Part shown: positions 42,607 to 52,262 of the stretch, in pieces
Layout of the letters: every line of letters starts with the position of its first letter
Numbering within the stretch: the stretch's first letter is position 1
NCBI GenBank assembly: GCA_050951545.1
Contig: JBMNJG010000009.1
Location: 32,001-96,000, forward strand
Direction: 5' to 3'
DNA from: Limnochordia bacterium
GTDB lineage: Bacteria > Bacillota > Limnochordia > DTU080
Length of the DNA stretch: 64,000 nucleotides
Position numbers and translations under genes: made by a program
Notes under the pieces: generated by a model
The model's database searches: none
Told to the model about the DNA's origin: nothing
Seen by the model: the letters and a program-made list of their open reading frames with translations, nothing else

Positions 42607-44216
42607 ATGGATGGCTCAATGACCCACATCGGTCGCAAGCATCTGGAAACGCTCTTCTACTTCTCTTTGAAGAAGACGGGGAGCCCCCTCGACGCGGAGG
42701 AGCTCGCGCAAGAGATAGCCTGTGAGGCTCTTGTCTCGCTCAGCAGAGGGCATGAACCTGCCGATTTCGATCGCTGGCTATGGGGCATTGCCCGCCATCG
42801 CTACGCCCACTGGGTCGAGGCTAGACGGAAACAGCGGCTGCGCCGAAGCCCTCTGGACCCTGCCGATCGGGTCTATGAGAGGTCGCATGCTAATGGCGCT
42901 CCGGAGGAGGCCTACCTCAGGAAAGAGCAACTGGAGCTTCTCCGGCGCGAACTCGCCCTCATGTCTCGGGCCTATCGCCAGATTCTGGTCGCCTACTACA
43001 TCGACCGCGAGAGAATTGCCGACATCGCTACCAGCCTCGGTGTGCCTGAAGGCACCGTCAAGCGCAAGCTGTACGAGTCGAGAGCATTACTTCGGGAGGG
43101 AATGGAGATGGCCCGCACAAACGGTCAAAGAAGCTACGCCCCAGAACAGATCGGTTTCACCATGAGCGGTAACAATTTCCAGGCCAGTAGCCCTTGGCCC
43201 CTAATAAAGCGACTGGCCCCCAAGAACATTCTACTGGAAGCGTATAACAACCCAAGCACCATCGAGGACCTGAGTCTCGCTCTAGGCATCGCCGCCTCTT
43301 ATATGGAAGAAGAGGTAGGGATACTGGCAGAGGGGACGCTTCTCAGACAGCTCGCGGACGGTCGCTATGAGACCGACTTCATCATCATCAGCAAGGAGAT
43401 GCGTGTAGATACCTTTGCCCGGATGGTGGAGGTTAGCGAGACATTCTGCCCTGTAGTCCTGCAACTACTGGACGAAATGATCGACGAGATCCGGGCGATC
43501 GGCTTCCATGGCTCTACGTTGCCAGCCGATGAGCTCTATTGGCTTGTGCTACCACTGATCGCCGACGACCTCGCTTCTAGAGTGAGGCGCACGAAGGACA
43601 TGGGGGGGTATACGCCGCGCCCGGGCAATGCAGAGTGGGACATCATTGGATACGAAACCTGTGAGCTGCCCTTCGAGACCTTTATCGGTTGTAATGGCAT
43701 CCGGTAAAAATGGCGTGATGTTCGCGGCCTACAAGATCAAGATGGACGATCTGTGGGACCGTGCCGGCGAGATGAGCGAATCCGAGGCCCTCCTAGTGGC
43801 TGATATCATCCGCAGACAACGCCAAAGTGATTCGTGGACACCTCTAGAGCGCGAAGCCCTCGCCAAGCTAGTGGAGCGAGGTTTCCTGCGCTTCACAGAT
43901 AACTCGATCACCACCACATTCCCCATGTTTGACCAAGAGGGCGAAGAAGGAGTACAGCCAGCTCACAAAGCTATTTGCTCGGGTGTTCGTCGGCCAGGCT
44001 GTACGAGATGATCGACGGTCTTTTTGACTTCCACGTACAGCGCATCCAAGAAGAGGTGCCTGCCCGGCTGACACAACCAAGTCAAGTTCGTCGCCGGGGA
44101 CCTGCTGCTCGTCGAGATACGGATGATGTTGCTACGCCACGCGCGTCAAGAGGGAGCGCCTCAAAATGCCAGACGATGTCAGCAAGAGCACGATAGCGAT
44201 GTACATGAGAATCTAG
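42607..44216 (+). pseudogene. ECF sigma factor with long C-terminal extension; multiple frameshifts after ~43700
   Basis: DAEELAQE, WLWGIAR, IADIA..LGVPEGTVKRKL; coding sequence continues through shifting frames to KSTIAMYMRI-stop at 44216. Confidence 0.75.
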
Positions 44217-44394
44217 CCCTAGGCCCCTGCGATGCGCATTACGGCGGCGTTCCGCCTTCTAGGGACCACGCAAAAGACAGCGGTAGGTGATCCCTGTATC
44301 TAGTTAGTGCGGGTGCGCTCTCGCCGACGGGTTGGCCACCTCCCCGGACGGGGAATGGGATCCATCCTGCGGTTTTGGCGGCGGCTAGGTAGGT

Positions 44395-44553
44395 GGCAAG
44401 AAAGGGCGGTTTCGGTGAATGGTTCTGGCTGAAACCGCTTCTGATATCCCGCTTTTGCACCCCACAACCCCGCTTGGCTGTGAAAAGGCGGCGCTGGCCG
44501 GTCCGGTTCGTCGTCTGGGGCGCCAGAAAGGATCCAACCCGACACGGTTTGCC
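44395..44553. repeat. Dispersed ~150-bp MITE/REP-like element, copy A3
   Basis: GGCAAG..GGTTTCGGT..TGAAACCGC..GCTGGCC..CGTCTGGGGC..CAGAAA..CCGACACGGTTTGCCGCGT shared with A2. Confidence 0.72.
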
Positions 44554-44658
44554 GCGTCAACTGGCGAGGACCCACACAACTCCCAGCGGACCCAAAGGAC
44601 GGCATCGCGCCACCGCCATGGTGAACGAAGGGGGCAACTGGCCCACGGTGATCACGAA

Positions 44659-45454
44659 CGGCTGGGCGCCGGACATGGCGAAAGGCCATCGATGACGTTG
44701 CGTTATGTGCAGTCCACTGGTCGGGGTGCCGCTTTTGAGGTTGGGAAACAGCGATTTGGGGGGCAAATCCGCCGTTTTCGTGGTTTGAGTCCGCAGAAAG
44801 TGGTCCGAGAGGGCGCCATCGCTGCGCATTGACCACGTTTGTCGAGTCCAGGGCTCCAAGGGGTGCCAGCGTGTCGCCGAGCCGCCCCCGCCGCTCTCAA
44901 CCCACCCGGTGAGCGGCTGGGCGCCGGACATGGCGAAAGGCCATCGATGACGTTGCGTTATGTGCAGTCCACTGGTCGGGGTGCCGCTTTTGAGGTTGGG
45001 AAACAGCGATTTGGGGGGCAAATCCGCCGTTTTCGTGGTTTGAGTCCGCAGAAAGTGGTCCGAGAGGGCGCCATCGCTGCGCATTGACCACGTTTGTCGA
45101 GTCCAGGGCTCCAGGGCTCCAGGGGTCCAAGGGGTGCCAGCGTGTCCCCGAGCCGCCCGCGCCCTCAGCCCCGCGCCCTCAGCCCACCCGGTGAGCGGCT
45201 GGGCGCCGGACATGGCGAAAGACCATCGATGACGTTGCGTTATGTGCAGTCCACTGGTCGGGGTGCGGCTTTTGAGGTGGGGAAACAGCGATTTGGGGGG
45301 CAAATCCGCCGTTTTCGTGGTTTGAGTCCGCAGAAAGTGGTCCGAGAGGGCGCCATCGCTGCGCATTGACCACGTTTGTCGAGTCCAGGGGTCCAAGGGG
45401 TGCCAGCGTGTCGCCGAGCCGCCCCCGCTCTCAACCCACCCGGTGAGCGGCTGG
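44659..45454. repeat. Tandem array of three near-identical units (255, 282, 252 bp)
   Basis: CGGCTGG unit starts at 44659, 44914, 45196, 45448; length differences come from CCAGGGCT-type short repeats and a GC spacer. Confidence 0.95.
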
Positions 45455-45618
45455 CCGCTTGACAACAGGGAAGGAACGGTGATCCTATCCGGTTATGTGC
45501 TGTGTGAAGCAGGACTGAAGGGTTACCAGAGCGTGGAACGACGTTTCTAGACGCTCCTACTCCTAGGTGAGGAGACGCATCTTCAGTGGTTACGCCTCAG
45601 CGAAGGCGGCCCGGCGGA

Positions 45619-46674
45619 CTAAGCTTGTGGTGTTTCCGTAGATTCACTGGGCGCCCAGCCGTGCTTGGCCTGCTCGCGGTACCGCCGGCACCTGGGCTTG
45701 AGAAGCCGGAACAGCTTCCGGTTGATGCGTACGTCGCGCCGCAGCGGCAGTCGTCTGCCAATCTTCTTCTTGATCGTCTCCCACGAGAGCTCGCGGGACT
45801 GGATCACGATCAACTCTATGTCCTCCTCGGCACAGGTCTGCTCCTTTGTCTGGTCACGCTTCTGCTGCTCAAGCACTTGCTCAGCTGAGTAGAGCTTCGT
45901 GACACCGTAGTGTTGCGGACCATTAAACTCGAAGGCCGTATAATGAAGATAATAGAAGAGATCCAACTCCAGCCTCTGACCGGTGTCGGGGTTCTCCAGG
46001 AAAGGGGGGCGGATGCGGGGCGTGTAATGCTGAGAGTCCACAAGAGCAGTGCAGATACCTGTCATAAGTGCTTCCCCGTAATACTCAGCCGTGTCGAGTT
46101 TGTGCTGTATGCGCCACACTTCTTCGCTGTGCTTCTTATCGATCGGGTTGAGGAGGGAAAAGCGAATCACGGCCTGTTTGTGTGGCTGCTCCATCTCGAG
46201 CCAGCTCAGTTTGGCTAATCGCCGCACCGCATGTTTTACGGTCTGAGGGCTCAGATGCATCAGCTCGGCGAGCTCAGAGTATTTGAACTGCCGCAGACGA
46301 TACTCCGGATCGTCTTTGCCTACAAGTACTGCATAGACGACTTTGGCCTGGGGGTTGAGTTCGGTGGCCATGATCAGCTCGACCGGAATCTGAAGCCAGC
46401 CAGGGGGCAACCACTGCTCTGATAGTTTATTCATGAGCCGAACGGTTGCCAAAACAAACCGCTCCTCGCTGAGCAGTCTGGCCACAGCCTTGCGAACGGT
46501 CGATCGCGACATGCCCGTGCGCCGTGCCAGGCGGCTGGGCGAATAGAGAAACGCCTCGTCCAAATGAGCATCCATAGCCAAGGCCATCCAGACTACTTTT
46601 TCGGTAGCTCTCAAATCGCCAGCGCAAAGTATCGAATCAGGCACACGCGCTTCATCTATATGCAGGGAATACAA
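45619..46674 (-). CDS. Tandem winged-HTH + Vsr/DUF559-like nuclease, paralog 2
   Basis: Aligns end to end with 23804-24868 (EKVVWMAL.MDAHL, SP.RLARRTG, YYGEALM, LELDLFYY..TAFEFNGPQHY, RLPLRR, GWAP); TTG start after GAGGTG. Confidence 0.8.
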   Translation of the reverse strand: MYSLHIDEARVPDSILCAGDLRATEKVVWMALAMDAHLDEAFLYSPSRLARRTGMSRSTVRKAVARLLSEERFVLATVRLMNKLSEQWLPPGWLQIPVELIMATELNPQAKVVYAVLVGKDDPEYRLRQFKYSELAELMHLSPQTVKHAVRRLAKLSWLEMEQPHKQAVIRFSLLNPIDKKHSEEVWRIQHKLDTAEYYGEALMTGICTALVDSQHYTPRIRPPFLENPDTGQRLELDLFYYLHYTAFEFNGPQHYGVTKLYSAEQVLEQQKRDQTKEQTCAEEDIELIVIQSRELSWETIKKKIGRRLPLRRDVRINRKLFRLLKPRCRRYREQAKHGWAPSESTETPQA

Positions 46675-46695
46675 GGAACTCACCTCACACAACCG

Positions 46696-46709
46696 GGAAC
46701 ATATGTTCG
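46696..46709 (-). promoter_or_regulatory. LexA (Cheo) box
   Basis: CGAACATATGTTCC on the - strand matches the Bacillus consensus CGAACRNRYGTTYC; about 20 bp upstream of the TTG. Confidence 0.75.
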
Positions 46710-47063
46710 CCCCGTTGTGACTTCCTTCTACCCGCCCAGGCAGGATCCTGCCTCTCATGCAAGAAAAATGGCTTGGCCAAAAAGCGATACTGTTTTCCGG
46801 TCACGTGCTGTGCGTCAGTCTTAGAAGAGGCACAAAAAAGATCGAAGCTCCGGTGCAGCGCTACTTAAGGCGTGACCTATCGGGTGGGTGAAGTCGCCGA
46901 GTTGCATCGTATTCCTACGCACATCCTTGTGCGTACTCTTCAGGAGGCGCATTCCGATGCTTGATGTGACACAGAGGGGGCAGCGACGACGTTGGAGGCG
47001 CTACGCGTGCGTCACGGTCTTTCCGCTGATGATTCAAGCAAGGGGTGCTACCTGCGGTAATAA

Positions 47064-48820
47064 ATCGAGTAGGGTGACGCTCGCTGATCACGCGAGCGTC
47101 AGCCCTCTCACAGAACCGTACGTGCGGACCTCGCATACGGCTCCTGAAGAACATGATCCCTATGTTCGGTAGAGATGCAGAACCCCAACCTTATACCGGG
47201 TCAAGTCGACAAGACCCTGTTGGTCGAACCAACAGTTCGGAAGAGCCATACTGAGAAGGGGACTGGCGGAGCCGGACCCGATCCTTGAAGCGCTTGATGC
47301 GCTTGGGGTGTATCGACACGCACTTGGCGTAGATGACAAAACCCAGGAAGGGTACACCGCGGTATACATCCGCAATGTGCGTCTTCTGCCGGTTGACAAC
47401 CAACCTCAGATCCTCTTCCAGGATCTGGGTGGCAGTCTCCCGGTAGCGTTCCGCTTGCCTTGGGCTCCGCGCAAAGATCAGAATATCATCCGCATAGCGG
47501 ACGATCCGAATCCCTTGCGCCATCATCTCCTGGTCAAATGCATCCAGGTAGATGTTGCACAGCAACGGTGAGATCACCCCGCCCTGGGGGCTGCCAATCT
47601 CTGTCTCCTCCCAAGATCCATCAGCTACCGCACCAGCCTCCTTCGCCAGGCGTATCGAAGCGTCCGCTCCAACAATGGAGTTCCCGGCATAAATGGGGAG
47701 ACCGTGAAGGAGTTCGGAGCGCAACTCGACGAACGGCTGCATCAGATCCATCTGGAGCTGAAGACCAACACCTACCAACCAAGTCCAGTCAGATCGAGTG
47801 GAGATCGACAAAGCATGACGGCGGCAAACGGCCGCTAGGGATTCCCACGGTGCGGGATCGCGTAGTGCAAGAAGCACTGCGTCGGGTGATCGAGCCCATT
47901 CTTGAGCCCCACTTCCACCCATCAAGCTATGCGTACCGGCCGGAACGCTCGCTGTCACATGGCCGTGGCCAAAGCTGAGGCGTTCATCAATCGCTATGGG
48001 CTCAACACGCGACGTAGTGGATATGGACCTGTCGAAATGCTTCGCACCGACTGCGACCACGAGCTTATGTTGCAGGCCGTGAACCGCCGCATCAGCGACG
48101 GCCGCGTCATCTGGCTTTGATCCCTTGGGCCCAGTTGGTTGCAGTGTACTTCCCCAGACTTCCGGGACGTCTCTAGCTCATGGCAATCTACCCCGGTGCA
48201 TCTGCGTACTCTGCCGGGCAGTCGCACCCCCCAGCTGCTCGTCACAGCTGGTTGGGCCGTACCCACCCGCATTTCAGCGGGTCATTGTCTTCCCAATAAC
48301 TCAGCTTCGTCTCGCTTAGACTCACTTCTGTTCTTCTTCGCCCCTTCGCAGCCACGCTCGCCCTTCGGCTGGCGTGGTCACTCACAGTGGCGTGAGCGTC
48401 CCCTGCGTTTTCCCCTCCCGGCTGTTGCCAGCGTTCATCGGCGTAGGGTTCATCACTACTATGGGCTCATCTGACTCCCGCTCCGCTTCGGAGAAGCCTT
48501 GCGTTTCCGCTTGTGCCTTCCTTACTTGCACCTTCCTGCAAGACGGTGGCGAGCCTCCCCGGGTAAGTCTGTCGGCCTGAGCATGAGCACTTCCGTCCTA
48601 ACCCATCAGGTTATCCAGCTATCGGGCTTTCCCATATCTCGCAGGGTTACCCACCTGACAGGCCAGCATCGGTTCGCTTGCGCCAAGTCCCATGCTCTCC
48701 CTTCGGCTTCCTCCAGACACCCTGTTACCAGGAATGCCCTTGCCTACGGGTTCCCTTCCCGCTGGTTGGGTGGTGAGGGTCTCTTTCAACCCTCTGGCGC
48801 AACAGACATGCCGGGCGCAC
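47064..48820 (-). mobile_element. Class IIC-type group II intron, degenerate
   Basis: 5' end GTGCGCCCGGCATG at 48820; short domain V GAGCCGTATGCG..CGCACGTACGGTTC, then domain VI ending CTACTCGAT at 47064; inserted directly after a terminator stem. Confidence 0.9.
47160..48120 (-). pseudogene. ltrA: Group II intron RT/maturase: RT4-7 on -, RT0-3 inverted on +, most of domain X deleted
   Basis: Minus strand: GSPQGGVISPLLCNIYL, RYADD, FLGF, SPLLSMALPN. Plus strand 47635-48120: AYRSVRSNNGVPGING, YQPSPV, GKRPLGIPTVRDRVVQ, SYAYRP, ISDGRV. Confidence 0.88.
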
Positions 48821-48821
48821 A

Positions 48822-48855
48822 CGAAAGGGCTGCCCAAAGTCGGGCAGCCCTTTCG
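48822..48855 (-). terminator. Intrinsic terminator of the SBP gene, target site of the IIC intron
   Basis: CGAAAGGGCTGCCC-gacttt-GGGCAGCCCTTTCG; removing the intron restores the tail TTTCGT|TTATT. Confidence 0.85.
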
Positions 48856-48877
48856 CACGCAGTCGCGCCACGTCTCC

Positions 48878-50182
48878 CTACTTGCCTTGTCCATCCCGGA
48901 CCCGAGCATTCACCAATGCAGCCACTTGGGGTAGCTCGGCCTGCGGTGATGTCTCACCCCTCAGCATACGCCCCACGGCTGGGCCAAGAATGGTCGTGTT
49001 TATGTTGGCGAAGCCCACCGGGTAACTATCAATGGAGGCATAGTTGTAGGAATTGACGAGGGCCTGAATGTTTCTCATCGAATCGGGCTCCTTGAGTCCC
49101 AATCCACCACTTCGCGCCTGTGACCAATACTTCGATATGGCTCGAGATGAAGCACCCCCCCGCCCGCTAGTCAGCAGGCTGAGCTGTGCCTCATCTGAAG
49201 CAAGGAATTTCAGGACCTCCCAGGCCAGGTCTGGATTAGGGGCACTAGCTGGAATCGCCCATCCGGCCGTCGCCCCTCTAGCCAACTTTGAACCTACAGG
49301 CGCCGTGGGCAACTCCTCTACGTCCCATCGGTCAGCTAGATGCAATCCCCAGGCCGTCGCATAGTGGGGCCAAGTCAGAATCATGCCTAGCTTGCCATTG
49401 ACCCAATCCGGAAACTCCCTACCACCGCCATATACCGGATGGGCCACCTTATCTCGGACAAATAGGCCTGCCATCCAATCAAACGCCGCGATGGCTCGAT
49501 GATCAGCTAGGTTACACGTCTGCCCGTCGGGTGACATCATGTCAACTCCCCACCAGCGCCAGACATACTCATGCAACAGTCCTGTCTGCAGACCCCATGT
49601 GTCAGGCGTGCCATCACCATGGGCGTCGATGGTGAGTTTCCGCGCAGCCGTCACCATGTCTGGCAGGCCCCATTTGTTGGTCGGAGAAGCAAGTCCTTGA
49701 TTGTCAAACAATGCCCGATTATAGGCAAGTACGATCGTAGTAAGCTGCCAGGGAAACCCGGTCACTTCGCCGTTCGGGCTCGTGAAATATCCCATGAGAT
49801 CCTTTGGGAACACACCCACATTGAACTTATCTCGCTGGATGAACGGCCGTAAGTCAAGGAAAGCGCCTATTTCGGCAAAATCCCGATGCCAGTCCTGATG
49901 AGTACAGACCAAATCAGGCGCCGCACCACCTGCTACAGCGAGCAGCAGGGCCTCGCCATTGCGCACATTCCTTGTGTCGTAGCTTAGCGTGATATTCGGA
50001 TGACGCTGCCGGAATATGTCGAGCGTTTCGTTCTCCGCTTGCTGACCCGGGCCAGTTGTCCACGTCCAGAAGGTGATCTCTTTGGCCAACAGATTACCGG
50101 ATAAGATGCCCAATGCAAGCAGACCGAAGGCAAGAACCTTAGCCAACCTAGCCAACATTTTCACAGATGATCCATGCCTCAT
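48878..50182 (-). CDS. Sugar ABC transporter substrate-binding protein
   Basis: Signal peptide, AGGAAPDL, LDLRPFI, YN..LFD..GL, NPDLAWEVLKF. Confidence 0.9.
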   Translation of the reverse strand: MRHGSSVKMLARLAKVLAFGLLALGILSGNLLAKEITFWTWTTGPGQQAENETLDIFRQRHPNITLSYDTRNVRNGEALLLAVAGGAAPDLVCTHQDWHRDFAEIGAFLDLRPFIQRDKFNVGVFPKDLMGYFTSPNGEVTGFPWQLTTIVLAYNRALFDNQGLASPTNKWGLPDMVTAARKLTIDAHGDGTPDTWGLQTGLLHEYVWRWWGVDMMSPDGQTCNLADHRAIAAFDWMAGLFVRDKVAHPVYGGGREFPDWVNGKLGMILTWPHYATAWGLHLADRWDVEELPTAPVGSKLARGATAGWAIPASAPNPDLAWEVLKFLASDEAQLSLLTSGRGGASSRAISKYWSQARSGGLGLKEPDSMRNIQALVNSYNYASIDSYPVGFANINTTILGPAVGRMLRGETSPQAELPQVAALVNARVRDGQGK

Positions 50183-50308
50183 GATAATACCCCCTTCAGC
50201 CCTCTAATTGGAATTTTGCGGAGACTAAATGGACCCTGCCCACAAACCTCCGCCATCGCCTATCGCCAGCATCAAGATGCCGCCTGTGTAGCACCCTCAG
50301 ACACCCCA

Positions 50309-51058
50309 CTAGCCCCGGACGTACGGCTCGACCACTGTAGTGCCACCCCGAACAATACAGTCTATATCTGTCCCCACAGTCACAAACAAGAATCCAGCTT
50401 TCAGCCATTTGCCGTTGTCTCCGGGCTCAAAGATGCCCGGGATCTTGCCCGTTTTGTGGCACGCCTCAAGCACTTTCAGGATGGCTGCATCGTGAATGGG
50501 ATCACCCCGCTCCACCCCCAGGGACAGAGCCAGGTCCTTGGGACCTATCCAGCAGCCGTCAATGCCATCCACGGCAAGGATGTCGGTAGCGCGCTCAGCA
50601 CCGAGTCGTGTTTCGATCTGGACAGCGATGAATATCTCGTCGTTGATGTCTTTTTCGCTCAGGCGTTGCCAGTCGCGCATGAAGGCACCACCAGTGGAGC
50701 GCCGACCTTGGGGTGCGTAGCGGGCGGCGTCCACGATGGCCCGTGCCTGCTCCACGCTCTCCACCATCGGAATTACCACGCCGAGAGCCCCACGATCTAA
50801 CACTGCGCCAATGGCAAAGAAGTCATTCGAGGTGACTCGAGCCATGCCAATCTGCCCCGCCTCACCGACATCTCGCAATGCGACTCCGATAGTGTTCAGA
50901 TCCCAAGCGCCATGTTGGGCGTCAAGTAGCAGGAAATCGAACTCGGTATGTACGAGCACACTCGCCACCTTCACCGACCCCAACTGAAGCAACGCCCCTA
51001 ACGCGGGCTTTCCTTCCGTCATCCGTGCCTTTGTCCGGTTGAGTTTCAGTTCCAGCAC
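50309..51058 (-). CDS. HpcH/HpaI class II pyruvate aldolase
   Basis: DAQHG, LDRGALGVVIPMV, RYAPQGRRS, QIET, IGPKDL. Confidence 0.9.
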   Translation of the reverse strand: MLELKLNRTKARMTEGKPALGALLQLGSVKVASVLVHTEFDFLLLDAQHGAWDLNTIGVALRDVGEAGQIGMARVTSNDFFAIGAVLDRGALGVVIPMVESVEQARAIVDAARYAPQGRRSTGGAFMRDWQRLSEKDINDEIFIAVQIETRLGAERATDILAVDGIDGCWIGPKDLALSLGVERGDPIHDAAILKVLEACHKTGKIPGIFEPGDNGKWLKAGFLFVTVGTDIDCIVRGGTTVVEPYVRG

Positions 51059-51076
51059 CCCTTTCTAGGCGAGGCA

Positions 51077-52216
51077 CTATCCCCGCAAAAACCCCGCATC
51101 AATATCACCCCGTGATGATAGGGGTTTCCTTAACCGATCTAGAGCCTCGTCATTCAACTCCACGCCGAGCCCCGGGCCTTCAGGCACTTGCACATGGCCG
51201 TCGATGAAACGCACTCCCTCTTTCACTACGTCATCCAGGTAGAGAAGAGGACCCACAGGATCCGAGTGGTAGTCCAACCGAGGGCAAGAGGCCCCAACGT
51301 GCGCTTGGGCCGCGGTAGCAATGCTCGTCTCTTGTGTGGTGCCAATCAGGCACTCCATGCCCGCCATATCCGCCAAGTCTAGCAGGCGACGTGCCCCGGT
51401 GATGCCGCCCGCTACGGACACGGAAACATTGAAGATATCCACGCTACGTTCCTTAATCACCCGAAGTGCGTACTCCTCACTGTGGATGTGCTCGCTTATG
51501 GGACTCGATACACCGCTCCGCACCTCGGCCATCCCGTCCACGTCATAGCGATTTACAGGAGATTCGTAGAGATCGAAACCATATGGGTGCAAGCGCTCCC
51601 ACAGCCGAATGGCTTCTTTCACCGTCAAAAGTCCACTGGCATCGATAGCCACGACACGTGCTTTTCCCCCAAACCTTTGCTGAAACCGGGCCATGAACGC
51701 CTCGTCTATCTCGGTATTGGCCCCCACGTAAACTCTGAAGTGATTGAAACCTTGCGCTAGTCGTCCGGCGACCACTTCCAGATTGGCCTCCACATCACTC
51801 ATGCGCTTCATGCGGAAGATGGGGTAGCAAATAGGGATGGCCTGGCGACTGCGCCCGCCAATCAGATCACACACGGGCTGATTCGTTGCCTTCCCCAACA
51901 CATCCCAAATGGCAATGTCCACACCACAGCGGACTGGACTCGACTTTCCGCCAAAACGTGTGCCGGGAAACACGGCGGCGAGCACGGCGTATATTTCCGT
52001 CACGTTCTGCGGGCGACGCCCGCGCAACACATCATTCAGGCAAAGCTCCAGGTCCGTAACGTCAGGCATGATGGCCGGGGCGTGGGATAGATCTGGCATC
52101 TCACCAATGCCATAGATGCCTTGGTCAGTATTGATACGCACGATGACATGAGCGCTGGGATGATGTTCATGTCGCCGTGTTACAATCGGTACGAGTTCGA
52201 TGTTGGTGATGCGCAC
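51077..52216 (-). CDS. Mandelate racemase/muconate lactonizing enzyme (enolase superfamily)
   Basis: TDQGIYGIGE, DIAIWDVLGK, ESP, SEH, VPEGPGLGVELN. Confidence 0.88.
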   Translation of the reverse strand: MRITNIELVPIVTRRHEHHPSAHVIVRINTDQGIYGIGEMPDLSHAPAIMPDVTDLELCLNDVLRGRRPQNVTEIYAVLAAVFPGTRFGGKSSPVRCGVDIAIWDVLGKATNQPVCDLIGGRSRQAIPICYPIFRMKRMSDVEANLEVVAGRLAQGFNHFRVYVGANTEIDEAFMARFQQRFGGKARVVAIDASGLLTVKEAIRLWERLHPYGFDLYESPVNRYDVDGMAEVRSGVSSPISEHIHSEEYALRVIKERSVDIFNVSVSVAGGITGARRLLDLADMAGMECLIGTTQETSIATAAQAHVGASCPRLDYHSDPVGPLLYLDDVVKEGVRFIDGHVQVPEGPGLGVELNDEALDRLRKPLSSRGDIDAGFLRG

Positions 52217-52262
52217 GGCGGTGCCTCCCTCTCAGTGTGTCGCCCTTGTTGCCAACCCTGGC

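Noticed and set aside
44659-45454. CRISPR array
   Set aside because: Units are ~255 bp and near-identical, with no unique spacers and no cas genes in the window.
44557-45465. 302-aa repeat protein on the - strand
   Set aside because: Made entirely of the DNA repeat, with no RBS or recognisable domain; probably an incidental frame, so noted but not called.
47640-48060. N-terminal half of the ORF 47191-48060 as real protein
   Set aside because: It is the antisense reading of the inverted RT0-RT3 block.
47160-48120. Retron, DGR or defence-associated RT
   Set aside because: Group II intron termini, domains V/VI and terminator targeting are present; no TR/VR pair, Avd or msr-msd was seen.
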